From: Mesotoga infera
GTDB lineage: Bacteria > Thermotogota > Thermotogae > Petrotogales > Kosmotogaceae
DNA: 64,000 bases
Assembly (NCBI GenBank): GCA_011045915.1
Contig: DSBT01000120.1
Location: forward strand, 7,220 to 71,219
Direction: 5' to 3'
Shown here: piece after piece, positions 37,849 through 47,265 of the stretch
Layout of the letters: each line of letters opens with the position of its first letter
How positions within the stretch are numbered: position 1 is the stretch's first letter
Notes under the pieces: model-generated
The model's database searches: none
Seen by the model: the letters and a program-made list of their open reading frames with translations, nothing else
What the model was told of the DNA's origin: nothing
Position numbers and translations under genes: made by a program

Positions 37849-40308
37849 CTAGCGTTTCACCTTGAACCTTTTTGTGCCCTTCTTTTTACCGCCAACATCA
37901 CCCTTCTTATCTCCTCCGGCTCCACTGAAATCAGAGTGTACGGCTTGAAGACTTCTGAATTCCTTGTCCGCGTTTTGCTTGGCCTTATCACTATCAACTT
38001 TGACTATTCTTACGATAGCACTTGCAATATCGTCGTAAAGGGAATCAGTCAACTGTTGAAAGAGCATGAAAGACTCTTTCTTGAATTCTATCACAGGATC
38101 TTTCTGACCGTAAGCTCTGAGCCCCACGGAGTCCTTGAGATGATCAATAGCTTCTAGATGTCTTCTCCATCTCTCATCAATCATTCTTAACATAATGTAC
38201 TTCATTACCTGAGGGAACTCATCTCCGAATGAAGTTTTCTTCTCTTCATATATCTCCCGCAGCACTGATAAGGCATTGTTTCTAAGTTCTTCAACGTTGT
38301 TAAGGCCCTGGAGCCGCCCGATGTCTCCCGCTGGCAAGAAACCAAAGGAAACCTTGATTTCTTCAAAAGGAGGAAGCTGCTCAAGCCCGGACAATCTTCG
38401 ATCAACAACATCTTCAATTATCTCAAAAACGTTGGTATCGATTTCTTCGCCTTTAAGTACCCAGTCTCGATGAGCATAGATTGCACTTCTTTGCTGATCA
38501 ATAACTGAGTCCAGTTCATAGAGACGCTTTCTGATCTCGAAGTGCATTCCTTCAATCTTCTTCTGAGCAGAAGAAATAATCCTGCTAAGAAGTGAGTGCT
38601 CGATTGGCTGACCTCTTTCGATCTTGAGAGTATTCATAATTGACTGCATCCTTTCTCCACCGAAAAGCCTTATGAGATCATCTTCGGTAGAAAGAAAGAA
38701 TCTTGACTCTCCCGGATCACCCTGCCTGCCAGATCTTCCCACGAGCTGATTGTCTATTCTCCTGCTTTCATGTCTTTCGGTACCCAGGACGTAAAGTCCG
38801 CCAAGCTCTACGACACCATCTCCAAGCTTGATGTCTGTTCCTCTTCCAGCCATGTTAGTCGCGATTGTAATGGTCTTTCTCTCTCCTGCTTTTGCAACAA
38901 TTTCGGCTTCTCTCTCATGGTACTTCGCATTCAGAACTTCGTGGGGAACTCCCCTTTTCTGGAGCATTTTGCTCAAAAGCTCGCTCTTCTCAATTGAAGT
39001 CGTTCCCACAAGCACAGGTTGTCCCTTTTCATAACGTCCGGCAATTTCATTGATTATTGCTTCATTCTTCTCTTCTTTGGTCTTGTATATTGAGTCTTCC
39101 TTGTCTTGCCGAATTACATTCTTGTTCGTTGGTATTACCGCAACTGGCGTGTTATACATTGAAATGAACTCCGACTCTTCGGTCGCGGCCGTTCCCGTCA
39201 TTCCCGCCACCTTGCCATATTGCTTGAAGTAATTCTGAAAGGTAATCGTTGCAAAAGTAACAGATTCCTGTCTTATCTGTACGTTTTCCTTAGCCTCTAT
39301 TGCCTGGTGGAGTCCTTCAGAATACCTCCTTCCAGGCAATAGTCTGCCGGTAAACTCATCAACAATGACTACTTCTCCTTCCTGAGTAACCAAATAGTCA
39401 ACCTCTTTCTTGTAGAGGATCATAGCTTTCAAAGCATTCAGAAGGTGAAAAATATAGTCATAATTACTTGGATCATAAAGATTGTCAATTTGTAGAAGCT
39501 TTTCAGCCTTTGCTATGCCCTCATCCGTAAGCGTCACCGTTCTGTCTTTCTCATCAACAACAAAGTCTTTTTCCGACTGAAAACGTTTTGCAAAAAAGGC
39601 AAACTGCCTGTACAGATTTGAAGAGTCTTGAGCCGGACCAGATATGATCAACGGCGTTCTGGCTTCATCGATCAATATTGAATCCGCTTCATCCACAATA
39701 ACGAAATTATGTCCACGTTGAACCTTATTCTCAAGAGAATATACGAGATTATCCCTAAGGTAATCAAATCCAAATTCGTTGGCCGTTCCGTATGTAATAT
39801 CACAGCTATAAGCATCTTTTCTAAGCGACGGTTCCATGGCCGCCTGAATGAACCCTGCCCGTAATCCAAGGTATTCATACACAGGGCCCATCCAGCCAGC
39901 ATCTCTCTTTGCAAGGTAGTCGTTCACGGTTGCCAGATGACAGCCCTTGCCCGAAAGGGCATTCAGATACAAAGGCATTGTTGCCACCAATGTTTTCCCT
40001 TCCCCGGTTTTCATCTCAGCAATCTTGCCCTCGTTAAGAGCAAGCGCTCCCATCAACTGCACATCGAAGGGCCTCATGCCTACTGCCCTTTTGGCGGCCT
40101 CTCTTGCCAGGGCAAATGCTTCGGGAAGAATTGAATCAAGAGATTCACCTTCTGAGACCCGAGCTCTGAACTCTTCTGTCTTCTTTGCAAAGTCATTTAT
40201 TCCGAATTTTCCAATACCTTGCTCATAGTCGTTAATAGCTTCAACTACTCTTGCGTACTTTTTTAAGAGCATTCTGTTCTTGTCGAATATTTTTGAAAGA
40301 ATTCCCAT
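37849..40308 (-). CDS. secA: Preprotein translocase ATPase SecA
   Basis: 819 aa. MKTGEGKTLV, DEADSILIDEARTPLIISG, TNMAGRGTDI. Confidence 0.98.
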   Translation of the reverse strand: MGILSKIFDKNRMLLKKYARVVEAINDYEQGIGKFGINDFAKKTEEFRARVSEGESLDSILPEAFALAREAAKRAVGMRPFDVQLMGALALNEGKIAEMKTGEGKTLVATMPLYLNALSGKGCHLATVNDYLAKRDAGWMGPVYEYLGLRAGFIQAAMEPSLRKDAYSCDITYGTANEFGFDYLRDNLVYSLENKVQRGHNFVIVDEADSILIDEARTPLIISGPAQDSSNLYRQFAFFAKRFQSEKDFVVDEKDRTVTLTDEGIAKAEKLLQIDNLYDPSNYDYIFHLLNALKAMILYKKEVDYLVTQEGEVVIVDEFTGRLLPGRRYSEGLHQAIEAKENVQIRQESVTFATITFQNYFKQYGKVAGMTGTAATEESEFISMYNTPVAVIPTNKNVIRQDKEDSIYKTKEEKNEAIINEIAGRYEKGQPVLVGTTSIEKSELLSKMLQKRGVPHEVLNAKYHEREAEIVAKAGERKTITIATNMAGRGTDIKLGDGVVELGGLYVLGTERHESRRIDNQLVGRSGRQGDPGESRFFLSTEDDLIRLFGGERMQSIMNTLKIERGQPIEHSLLSRIISSAQKKIEGMHFEIRKRLYELDSVIDQQRSAIYAHRDWVLKGEEIDTNVFEIIEDVVDRRLSGLEQLPPFEEIKVSFGFLPAGDIGRLQGLNNVEELRNNALSVLREIYEEKKTSFGDEFPQVMKYIMLRMIDERWRRHLEAIDHLKDSVGLRAYGQKDPVIEFKKESFMLFQQLTDSLYDDIASAIVRIVKVDSDKAKQNADKEFRSLQAVHSDFSGAGGDKKGDVGGKKKGTKRFKVKR

Positions 40309-40317
40309 TGAATCACC

Positions 40318-41784
40318 TCAATAAAAGCGCAGCGCATGAATCATGTTGCCGTTATCCACAAAGGTCTGCTGATAGAAGAGAGCACTATCCACCGAGACCC
40401 CCATTAGAGATTTGAACACCTTCTTCATGTCGATGAAGGCCTGCGCAAGATCCTTCTTCAGACCGAGTTCTCTTACAAAATCGTAGCTGATATTGTTACT
40501 GAGACTCTCGGCATCTGAGAGTAACCTGTAGTATTCATCGGGCGCGAGCGAGGTGAGTACAGTTGTCTCACCCGAAAATATGAAATAGATGGTGTCAAAA
40601 TCATTTTCAAGCTCGTAGATCCGGCTCCCCTTATGTGTTGATTGAACTGCTCCCCACTCTTTAAGTGGAGCTTCAAGTCCGTTGGTATCGGAACTCTTGT
40701 TTGTGAAGACTGCTGTTACTCTGGGAGTTTCTGATACCAGATCTCCATATATCCTGGTATTTCCAATGCTTTCTTTCGACAGAAGCACAACGAAATCTGC
40801 CAGCTCTTTATACGGCTCAAGATCTAGCTCAAACCAGTGAGCAAGCTCCTTTCTTAGAGTCTCGACCGATGACGAGGGAAAGAAGACCGTGTAGTCACCA
40901 AAGGTCTCCTTTGAAGCTTCCAATGTCTTTGCGTCCGATAAGGATAGCATCTTCTGAAGATCGTCATTGTTAAGAAAGAGTGTATCCTGAACAATTGTCG
41001 CAGTTAACGTATGGCCTTCAGGTCGCGCAAAGACCACCGTACTCTCAATAGAAAAAGTCGACTCCAGTCCCAGGTCAAGCTGAAAACGATCACCATCAAT
41101 GTAACCGGCAAGAGTGTAGTCGTAACTCATTTCAGCAACTTCTCTGCCCCTGCCGTTTGATTCTAGCAATCTTTGTACTTCACCAGAATAAGTCTTTGTA
41201 GCCAGTGTGACTGCTTCCTTGTTTCCACCAATAATCAGATAGTCATCAGCGGTATGATAGAAAAGAGTTCCAGTACTGCTCCTCAACTCATTCACACTTT
41301 CTCCAGGCTGGACGAATATTGCCATATCAAGAAGCGCTGCGACCGCTTTCAAAAGCTGGAAAGAGCTGTTTGTTCTCCAAGCCATGAAGACTCGGTTCCT
41401 AGTAAGCTTGAGTTTCTCAAGCAAATAGAAGGGATCGAACATAAGCAAATCGTTAAGCGAAAGATCTATCCCTTCGCCAACAAGAAGAATGTCGTTATTC
41501 AGCGCATCTTTAAGGAAACTTGTATCAACTTCTGCATTGTAACCAGCGGCATCAATTATTCCATAGAAGGCTCTTTCAGCCCCAAATCCACTATCGCCCA
41601 GATATGCGCCGAAAAAATTCGTGTTGTCCCTGAGCACTTCCATTGCTGACCTCAATCCGCGTAGGATAAGAAAATAGCCAACATCTTCAGGAACGAAATC
41701 AAAAATTTCCTGAGCCATCACTCCGGAAAAGAGAGTAAGTACTAGAAAAAGAATGACTAAGAATTTCAAGCTTTCCCGAATCAA
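40318..41784 (-). CDS. Hypothetical secreted protein
   Basis: 488 aa. Signal peptide MIRESLKFLVILFLVLTLFSGVMAQE. I recognise no family motif. Confidence 0.6.
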   Translation of the reverse strand: MIRESLKFLVILFLVLTLFSGVMAQEIFDFVPEDVGYFLILRGLRSAMEVLRDNTNFFGAYLGDSGFGAERAFYGIIDAAGYNAEVDTSFLKDALNNDILLVGEGIDLSLNDLLMFDPFYLLEKLKLTRNRVFMAWRTNSSFQLLKAVAALLDMAIFVQPGESVNELRSSTGTLFYHTADDYLIIGGNKEAVTLATKTYSGEVQRLLESNGRGREVAEMSYDYTLAGYIDGDRFQLDLGLESTFSIESTVVFARPEGHTLTATIVQDTLFLNNDDLQKMLSLSDAKTLEASKETFGDYTVFFPSSSVETLRKELAHWFELDLEPYKELADFVVLLSKESIGNTRIYGDLVSETPRVTAVFTNKSSDTNGLEAPLKEWGAVQSTHKGSRIYELENDFDTIYFIFSGETTVLTSLAPDEYYRLLSDAESLSNNISYDFVRELGLKKDLAQAFIDMKKVFKSLMGVSVDSALFYQQTFVDNGNMIHALRFY

Positions 41785-41814
41785 CCCTTAGCTGAAACGG
41801 GGTTTTCCCTCCCT

Positions 41815-42627
41815 TCAACCAAATAACTCCTGATCCCGATCAAAAAAACCGAAGGCCTCCTCTACCAATCGTTCGAAGTCGAACTCAACTGATCTCTCTT
41901 CCGCAACCGAATAAAGAAGGTACTCAATATTACCTTTCTTACCTCGGATTGGTGAGAATGTCAATCCGATAGGAAACAGGTCATTTGTCCGAAATACACT
42001 TACAAACCTATCCAAGATTTCAATATGAAGATTCTTGGAATTCACCAGTCCCTTCTTGACCACGCCCGGACCTGCTTCGAATTGGGGCTTGACAAGCACC
42101 ACTGCTTCCCCGTCGTCCTCTAAGAAACTTCTCAGAAGACCGGCGACTGTCGCCGTTGATATGAAAGAAAGGTCGGCGGTAATGAAATCCGCTTTCCCAC
42201 CGGCGCGTTCAAGAGTCAATCCTCTAATATCAGTAGATTCCAGAGAGACAACTCGACCATCGTCTTTTATGCGGTGATTTATCTGATCTCTGCCAACATC
42301 TACGCAAAGTACTCTCGCTGCACCTTTCTCAAGCATCAATTGCGCAAACCCACCAGTCGAGGCGCCGACGTCTATTACTCTCTTTCCCTCAATATTTATC
42401 TCGAAAATGTCGATAGCTTTTCTCAGTTTGTAGTATCCCCGACCAACCGGCATTATGGAATCTATTACGGATATCTCACTATTAGAACCTACCTTGCGGC
42501 TGGGCTTAACAACAATCATACCATCTATAGATACTTTTCCACTCCTGATCAAAGCTGCTGCTTTTGTTCTACTTTCAGACAGTCCAAGATCAAGTAACAG
42601 TTCATCGAGTCTAAGTCTCGAATTCAT
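41815..42627 (-). CDS. tlyA: TlyA-family rRNA 2'-O-methyltransferase (S4 domain plus FtsJ domain)
   Basis: [31 protein letters not shown] and [10 protein letters not shown]. Start taken at MNSRLRLDE. The ORF-track start is 42693. Confidence 0.85.
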   Translation of the reverse strand: MNSRLRLDELLLDLGLSESRTKAAALIRSGKVSIDGMIVVKPSRKVGSNSEISVIDSIMPVGRGYYKLRKAIDIFEINIEGKRVIDVGASTGGFAQLMLEKGAARVLCVDVGRDQINHRIKDDGRVVSLESTDIRGLTLERAGGKADFITADLSFISTATVAGLLRSFLEDDGEAVVLVKPQFEAGPGVVKKGLVNSKNLHIEILDRFVSVFRTNDLFPIGLTFSPIRGKKGNIEYLLYSVAEERSVEFDFERLVEEAFGFFDRDQELFG

Positions 42628-43363
42628 CAAACACCACTTTGTAGAAGACAAGTCCTTGTGGCGGGGCAGTCCCCGGAAGACTAGATCTGTCACGAGTGGA
42701 AAGGAATTCCGCTACTGATTCTTCAGAGACGCCTCCCGTACCTACTTTTACAAGGGTCCCGACAATATTTCTAACCATTCTCTTAAGAAAGGAAATTCCC
42801 TCTATCCTGATGAGAATCAAGTGAGGTGAGACTTTGATTATTCTAACGGCTGAAACAGTTCTGACCGGATTTCTATCGTCCTTACCAGTTCTGAAAGCAG
42901 CAAAATCATGCTCCCCCAGCAGATGATCTCCTGCTCTTCTCATTGATGCAATGTCTAGTAAATACGGAAACCACCACACAAACCTTCTTCTGAAGATATC
43001 GGGCTCACTTGAATTCAGAATATAGTAGTGGTAGATTCTCTTTCTTGCCGCAAATCTGGGACTGAAGTTTTCCGCAACTTCATGTACTCTCCTCACATAT
43101 ACGTCAGACGGAAGGTTTGCGTTCAGAGCATCTTTCATAGTGGAGGCGCTCAGTCGATCTAGATTCGAATCAAATGCAATTACCTGTCCGTACCCATGAA
43201 CACCTGTATCCGTACGCCCGGCGCCCTGGCTAGAGATACTGAACTTATGAATCCTTTCAAGAGCTTCCTCGAAGACGCCTTGAACCGTTCGCATATCAGG
43301 CTGATTCTGGAAGCCGAAAAAATCGGTTCCATCGTATGAGACTACAGCAGCGAATCTCTTCAT
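42611..43363 (-). CDS. truA: tRNA pseudouridine(38-40) synthase TruA
   Basis: [22 protein letters not shown]...[11 protein letters not shown]. Confidence 0.95.
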   Translation of the reverse strand: MKRFAAVVSYDGTDFFGFQNQPDMRTVQGVFEEALERIHKFSISSQGAGRTDTGVHGYGQVIAFDSNLDRLSASTMKDALNANLPSDVYVRRVHEVAENFSPRFAARKRIYHYYILNSSEPDIFRRRFVWWFPYLLDIASMRRAGDHLLGEHDFAAFRTGKDDRNPVRTVSAVRIIKVSPHLILIRIEGISFLKRMVRNIVGTLVKVGTGGVSEESVAEFLSTRDRSSLPGTAPPQGLVFYKVVFDEFET

Positions 43364-43365
43364 GA

Positions 43366-43974
43366 TTACTTAGAAGCTGTTAAATCTAGCATTTCAGTAT
43401 AGAGATACACCATAGAAGAGAGATCCTTCCCCATTCTTGGCAAATCACCGTTGTAGACAGTCCAAAGAACCCTTCCAACTATGGTCTCCACATACTTGAT
43501 CAGTGAGTTCTCAAGTTCATTCTTCTCACTATCGCTTATTTGCAGTTGTTCGACTTTCCCGGCAAGCCAGGATGAGAAGCGCCGATCGTTGAATCTTAAC
43601 GCCCCCTGCTCATAATCTTTCAACATCTTGTACACTTCTTCAGTAGTCTCCCGAACAGAAAGACTCTTCGATATAACCTCAAGAGTCGTTGGATCGAAGT
43701 ACCCTTCGAGAGCTTCCGGAACTTCGAGTTCGTATTTGAAGTATAGAAGATTCGCATCGCTATGTTTTCTTTCAAAGGAGATCTTCCTTCTCATAGAACT
43801 CTCAAGGCCAAATGCGCTGAGGCAGTTCCAGTACTTATGCTCGAGCAACTCGCTGGAGTGCTCGACAGACCAGGTGGTCATGAAACCTGTCTTCGTTCTG
43901 TGATCAAAAGTCGCTCTCTTCGGAGTAAGAAATTCATCTTCCCGATAAAGTATGTGTGCATACTTATAATTCAT
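43366..43974 (-). CDS. Hypothetical protein
   Basis: 202 aa, soluble, no recognised motif. ATGA coupling to the pgcA stop and 2 nt before truA. Confidence 0.55.
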   Translation of the reverse strand: MNYKYAHILYREDEFLTPKRATFDHRTKTGFMTTWSVEHSSELLEHKYWNCLSAFGLESSMRRKISFERKHSDANLLYFKYELEVPEALEGYFDPTTLEVISKSLSVRETTEEVYKMLKDYEQGALRFNDRRFSSWLAGKVEQLQISDSEKNELENSLIKYVETIVGRVLWTVYNGDLPRMGKDLSSMVYLYTEMLDLTASK

Positions 43975-45635
43975 ACGCCCTCAATCCCTTCAACCAGTTC
44001 GCTAAGTTCTTCTATTCTCTTTCTCGCTTCATTTTCGTTATTGCCTCTGGCCATGAGATAGAATTTCATTTTTGGCTCTGTTCCAGAAGGCCTGACAATT
44101 ATCTTTGAATCATCTTGCATTTCTATGGAAATCACGTCTGCTGCAGGTAAATTTCCGGACTCTTCTAAGTAATCTCTGAACTCAATAATCCTTTCTTTTC
44201 CTAGCTTCAAGGATCTTCTGCTTCTCAGTTTCTTCATTATTGACTCAATTCTCTCTTTGCCTTCAATTCCTACATAATCTTTGTTTACAAGAGCTTCAAG
44301 ATAGTGACCATGCTCTTCATGAATCTCTTCGAGATAGTCAACCATCGTCCTTCCAGTACGTTTTAGAAAACCCCCAATTGTACAGGCCAAAGCCGCAGCG
44401 CTTACGGCGTCCTTATCCCTTGCGTGTCTTCCAAAAAGCGAGCCGTAGCTCTCTTCAAAACCGAAAAGATAGCTACCTTTTCCCTCAACTTCCGACTTTT
44501 CAATGATCTCACCAATAAACTTGAAACCCGTAAGAGTCTCCTTCACTTCCACGTTGTATTTAGCGGCGATTCTCTTGACAAGATCGGTAGATACAATTGT
44601 CTTGACAATGAATGGATCACTTGGAAGAGATTCCTTCAACCTTTCAAGAATGAACGCAGTCATTATTACACCCGTCTGATTCCCGTTAAGAGCTGTGTAG
44701 GCTCCTTCATGCTTCACCATTATTCCCAACCTGTCACAGTCCGGATCGGTCGCAATCAAAAGGTCAGCTTCTGCTTCTTCTGCAACACTTAAAGCCATAG
44801 AAAAGGCATTCAAGTCCTCGGGATTAGGACTCTTCACAGTGGGAAAGTTGCCATCCGGGAGTGCTTGCTCCTCCACTCGCTTAACCTTGTGACCGAGATC
44901 TGAAAGGGTTTTATAGACGGGATAATTTCCACTCCCATGGAGAGGAGTATAAACAACACTAAGTCCATCGTAGTCGGAGCATAGCCCCAGAACATTCTTC
45001 TTCACAGTCTCGATGAATCCTTCCAGCAAAGAATTCGGGATTTTTTCAATCAACGTTCTGTCGGGATCATAGTTCTCAAAGTAGTCCGACTTCTCAACTT
45101 TCTCAATTATCTCTTCCGCGTACCTGGGAACTGCCTGAGTACCGTCAGAAGTGTAGACCTTGTAGCCGTTGTATTGAGGTGGGTTATGGCTTGCCGTTAT
45201 CACAACACCGCCGCTGGCTTTCAGCTCTCTCACGGCGAAACTCAGAACGGGAACCGGCATAGGCTCAATGAACAAGTGAACCTTGATACCCATGGAAGAG
45301 AGAACCTCGGCAGCAACCTCTGCGAAATGAGCTGATTTGCGTCTAGTATCAAAAGCAATAACGACAGATGAGTTGCTGAATCTCTCAGATATCCAACGTC
45401 CGAAACCTAAAGTGGCTCTCCTGACGGTGAAAGTATTCATCCGGTTTGTTCCAGCGCCGAGTACTCCGCGCATTCCGCCAGTTCCAAATTCCAGATCCAG
45501 CGCGAAACTCTCCCTCACCTCACTCGGAGAGAATCTCCTTAGCTCCTCTTTCATTTCTTCAGTTGAGTTTTCAAGCCATCTCTTGTACTCTTCGTTAATT
45601 GCTAGATCATCTCTTAGCACTCTACCACCTTCCAA
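43971..45635 (-). CDS. pgcA: Alpha-phosphoglucomutase/phosphomannomutase (PgcA type)
   Basis: LEFGTGGMRGVLGAGTNRMN; active-site TASHNPPQYNGYKV. An alternative GTG start at 45620 follows GGAAGGTGG. Confidence 0.9.
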   Translation of the reverse strand: MEGGRVLRDDLAINEEYKRWLENSTEEMKEELRRFSPSEVRESFALDLEFGTGGMRGVLGAGTNRMNTFTVRRATLGFGRWISERFSNSSVVIAFDTRRKSAHFAEVAAEVLSSMGIKVHLFIEPMPVPVLSFAVRELKASGGVVITASHNPPQYNGYKVYTSDGTQAVPRYAEEIIEKVEKSDYFENYDPDRTLIEKIPNSLLEGFIETVKKNVLGLCSDYDGLSVVYTPLHGSGNYPVYKTLSDLGHKVKRVEEQALPDGNFPTVKSPNPEDLNAFSMALSVAEEAEADLLIATDPDCDRLGIMVKHEGAYTALNGNQTGVIMTAFILERLKESLPSDPFIVKTIVSTDLVKRIAAKYNVEVKETLTGFKFIGEIIEKSEVEGKGSYLFGFEESYGSLFGRHARDKDAVSAAALACTIGGFLKRTGRTMVDYLEEIHEEHGHYLEALVNKDYVGIEGKERIESIMKKLRSRRSLKLGKERIIEFRDYLEESGNLPAADVISIEMQDDSKIIVRPSGTEPKMKFYLMARGNNENEARKRIEELSELVEGIEGV

Positions 45636-45960
45636 CAGCTTTCAAATGGTTGACCTTTCCGTTTTCTAGAACCTCAATAACATCCAGCCTTGCCTCACTA
45701 AATACAGGTTTTTCGGTAAGTATGTACCTTTGAGCGGCAAGCTCCAGCCTCCTGAGTTTTTTTTCATCTACCCTGTACCTTGGTAGACTGAAAGAGCTTC
45801 CTCCCTTGACTTCAACAAAGACCAACATCTTGCCTCTGAGAGCCACAATATCGATTTCCCCGAATCTGTACGAAACGTTCCTGGCCTTAACCTTGTATCC
45901 TGACTTTTCCAAGTATTTGCAGGCAAGTTCTTCGTATCTTCTGCCGAAATCGTTGCTCAT
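45622..45960 (-). CDS. yraN: YraN-family (UPF0102) endonuclease-like protein
   Basis: 112 aa. GEIDIVALRGKMLVFVEVK. Confidence 0.85.
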   Translation of the reverse strand: MSNDFGRRYEELACKYLEKSGYKVKARNVSYRFGEIDIVALRGKMLVFVEVKGGSSFSLPRYRVDEKKLRRLELAAQRYILTEKPVFSEARLDVIEVLENGKVNHLKAVGRW

Positions 45961-46256
45961 TTATCTTCTTTGTATATCCTGGGCACCTTAAGATAGCTTC
46001 CTTCCCGCTCTGGGAAGAGATCTCTTAAGAGCTTTGAATTTTCAAACCCGACAAAGTTGTCCTCTCTGGGTTCAAGACTCTTCTCCACAGGTGAGACCAT
46101 CTCTTCTTCATCGAAATCAACCTGATCCAGGAGCGTCATATATTGCAGTATTTCCTCAATATCCTTCTTCAATCCTATTCGTTCTTCCTCTTTTAGTTCG
46201 AGCTTTGCAAGACCTTCCAGATGCTTTAGCAGCTCATCACTTACTTTCGTCTCCAT
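45957..46256 (-). CDS. gatC: Asp/Glu-tRNA(Asn/Gln) amidotransferase subunit C
   Basis: LAKLELKEEERIGLKKDIEEILQYMTLLDQVD. Start at METKV, 6 nt after GAGGAGG. The ORF-track start is 46271. Confidence 0.85.
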   Translation of the reverse strand: METKVSDELLKHLEGLAKLELKEEERIGLKKDIEEILQYMTLLDQVDFDEEEMVSPVEKSLEPREDNFVGFENSKLLRDLFPEREGSYLKVPRIYKEDK

Positions 46257-46257
46257 T

Positions 46258-47265
46258 TCATTCCTCCTCAATGCTTACCTCACGAAGATACATGGCCGCA
46301 TGTTCGGGTGGCATTGGATTTATATAGAAACCAGAGCCCCACTCAAATCCAGCAACCCTGGTAAGCCTTGGCACAATCTCCAGATGCCAGTGATAGTGAT
46401 CCGACTGCTCAATACCTTTTATTCCGGTATGTAGCATAAAGTTGTAGGGAGGATTGTCTAGGGCCTTATGGATTCTCAACAACATATTTTTGAGAATCAC
46501 AGAGAAACTATCGATTTGAGAGGCCGATATTTCTCCAAAATTACAGCTGTGAACCTTCGGAAGTATCCATGTTTCGAAGGGAAATCTTGCTGCAAAGGGT
46601 TCAAATGCAATGAAATCGCTGTTCTCCTCGACAACTCTCGTCCCTTCCAGCCCCTCTTGATTCACCATGTCACAATAAACGCATCTCTCTCTGAAACGAT
46701 AGTATTCAGCCGATCCAGCAATCTCCTCAGCAACCCTCTTCGGTACTATTGGAGTTGCGATAAGCTGACTGTGGGAATGCACAAGTGAGGCTCCCGCTTC
46801 TCTCCCATGATTCTTGAATATTAAGATGTACTTTATTCTGATGTCTTTCTCGAGTACCTGGTGGCGTTCCTTGTAAGCCCAGATAACCTCTTTGATCTGC
46901 TCGTAAGATAGAGTTGCCATGGAAGCATTATGATCAGGTGTTTCAATAATCACTTCATGGGTCCCAAACCCCTTGATCACATCATACATCCCATGACCAA
47001 ACCTCTCCGGCTCGACACTGGAATCCAGCGCAGGAAATTTGTTCTGAACCACTCTGACCCACCACCCGGGGCTGTCTTTCGCAGTATCTGCTGGTCTGAA
47101 AGCCATTACTTCTGGTGGAGTTGTGTGTTCATTTCCGTAGTCAAATGGGCAAAAGGCGGATTCGACTTTTTCCTTTGCATTAATAAAATCATGTGGGCGC
47201 CTCGCTCTTTCAGTCGCAATAATAACCCATCTCTTGATTATTGGATCTTTTCTGAGTTCAGGCAT
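46258..47265 (-). CDS. GalT-family (HIT superfamily) hexose-1-phosphate nucleotidyltransferase / ADP-glucose phosphorylase-like protein
   Basis: ELRKDPIIKRWVIIATERARRP, CPFDYGNEH, active-site HSHSQ. Start at MPELRK, 8 nt after GGAGGT, overlapping the glgA stop by 8 nt. The ORF-track start is 47292. Confidence 0.8.
   Translation of the reverse strand: MPELRKDPIIKRWVIIATERARRPHDFINAKEKVESAFCPFDYGNEHTTPPEVMAFRPADTAKDSPGWWVRVVQNKFPALDSSVEPERFGHGMYDVIKGFGTHEVIIETPDHNASMATLSYEQIKEVIWAYKERHQVLEKDIRIKYILIFKNHGREAGASLVHSHSQLIATPIVPKRVAEEIAGSAEYYRFRERCVYCDMVNQEGLEGTRVVEENSDFIAFEPFAARFPFETWILPKVHSCNFGEISASQIDSFSVILKNMLLRIHKALDNPPYNFMLHTGIKGIEQSDHYHWHLEIVPRLTRVAGFEWGSGFYINPMPPEHAAMYLREVSIEEE

Noticed and set aside
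40352-40360. A perfect E. coli-type DnaA box, TTATCCACA.
   Set aside because: It is a single copy inside the coding region of the 488-aa ORF, with no cluster, no AT-rich unwinding element and no dnaA nearby. It is not an origin.
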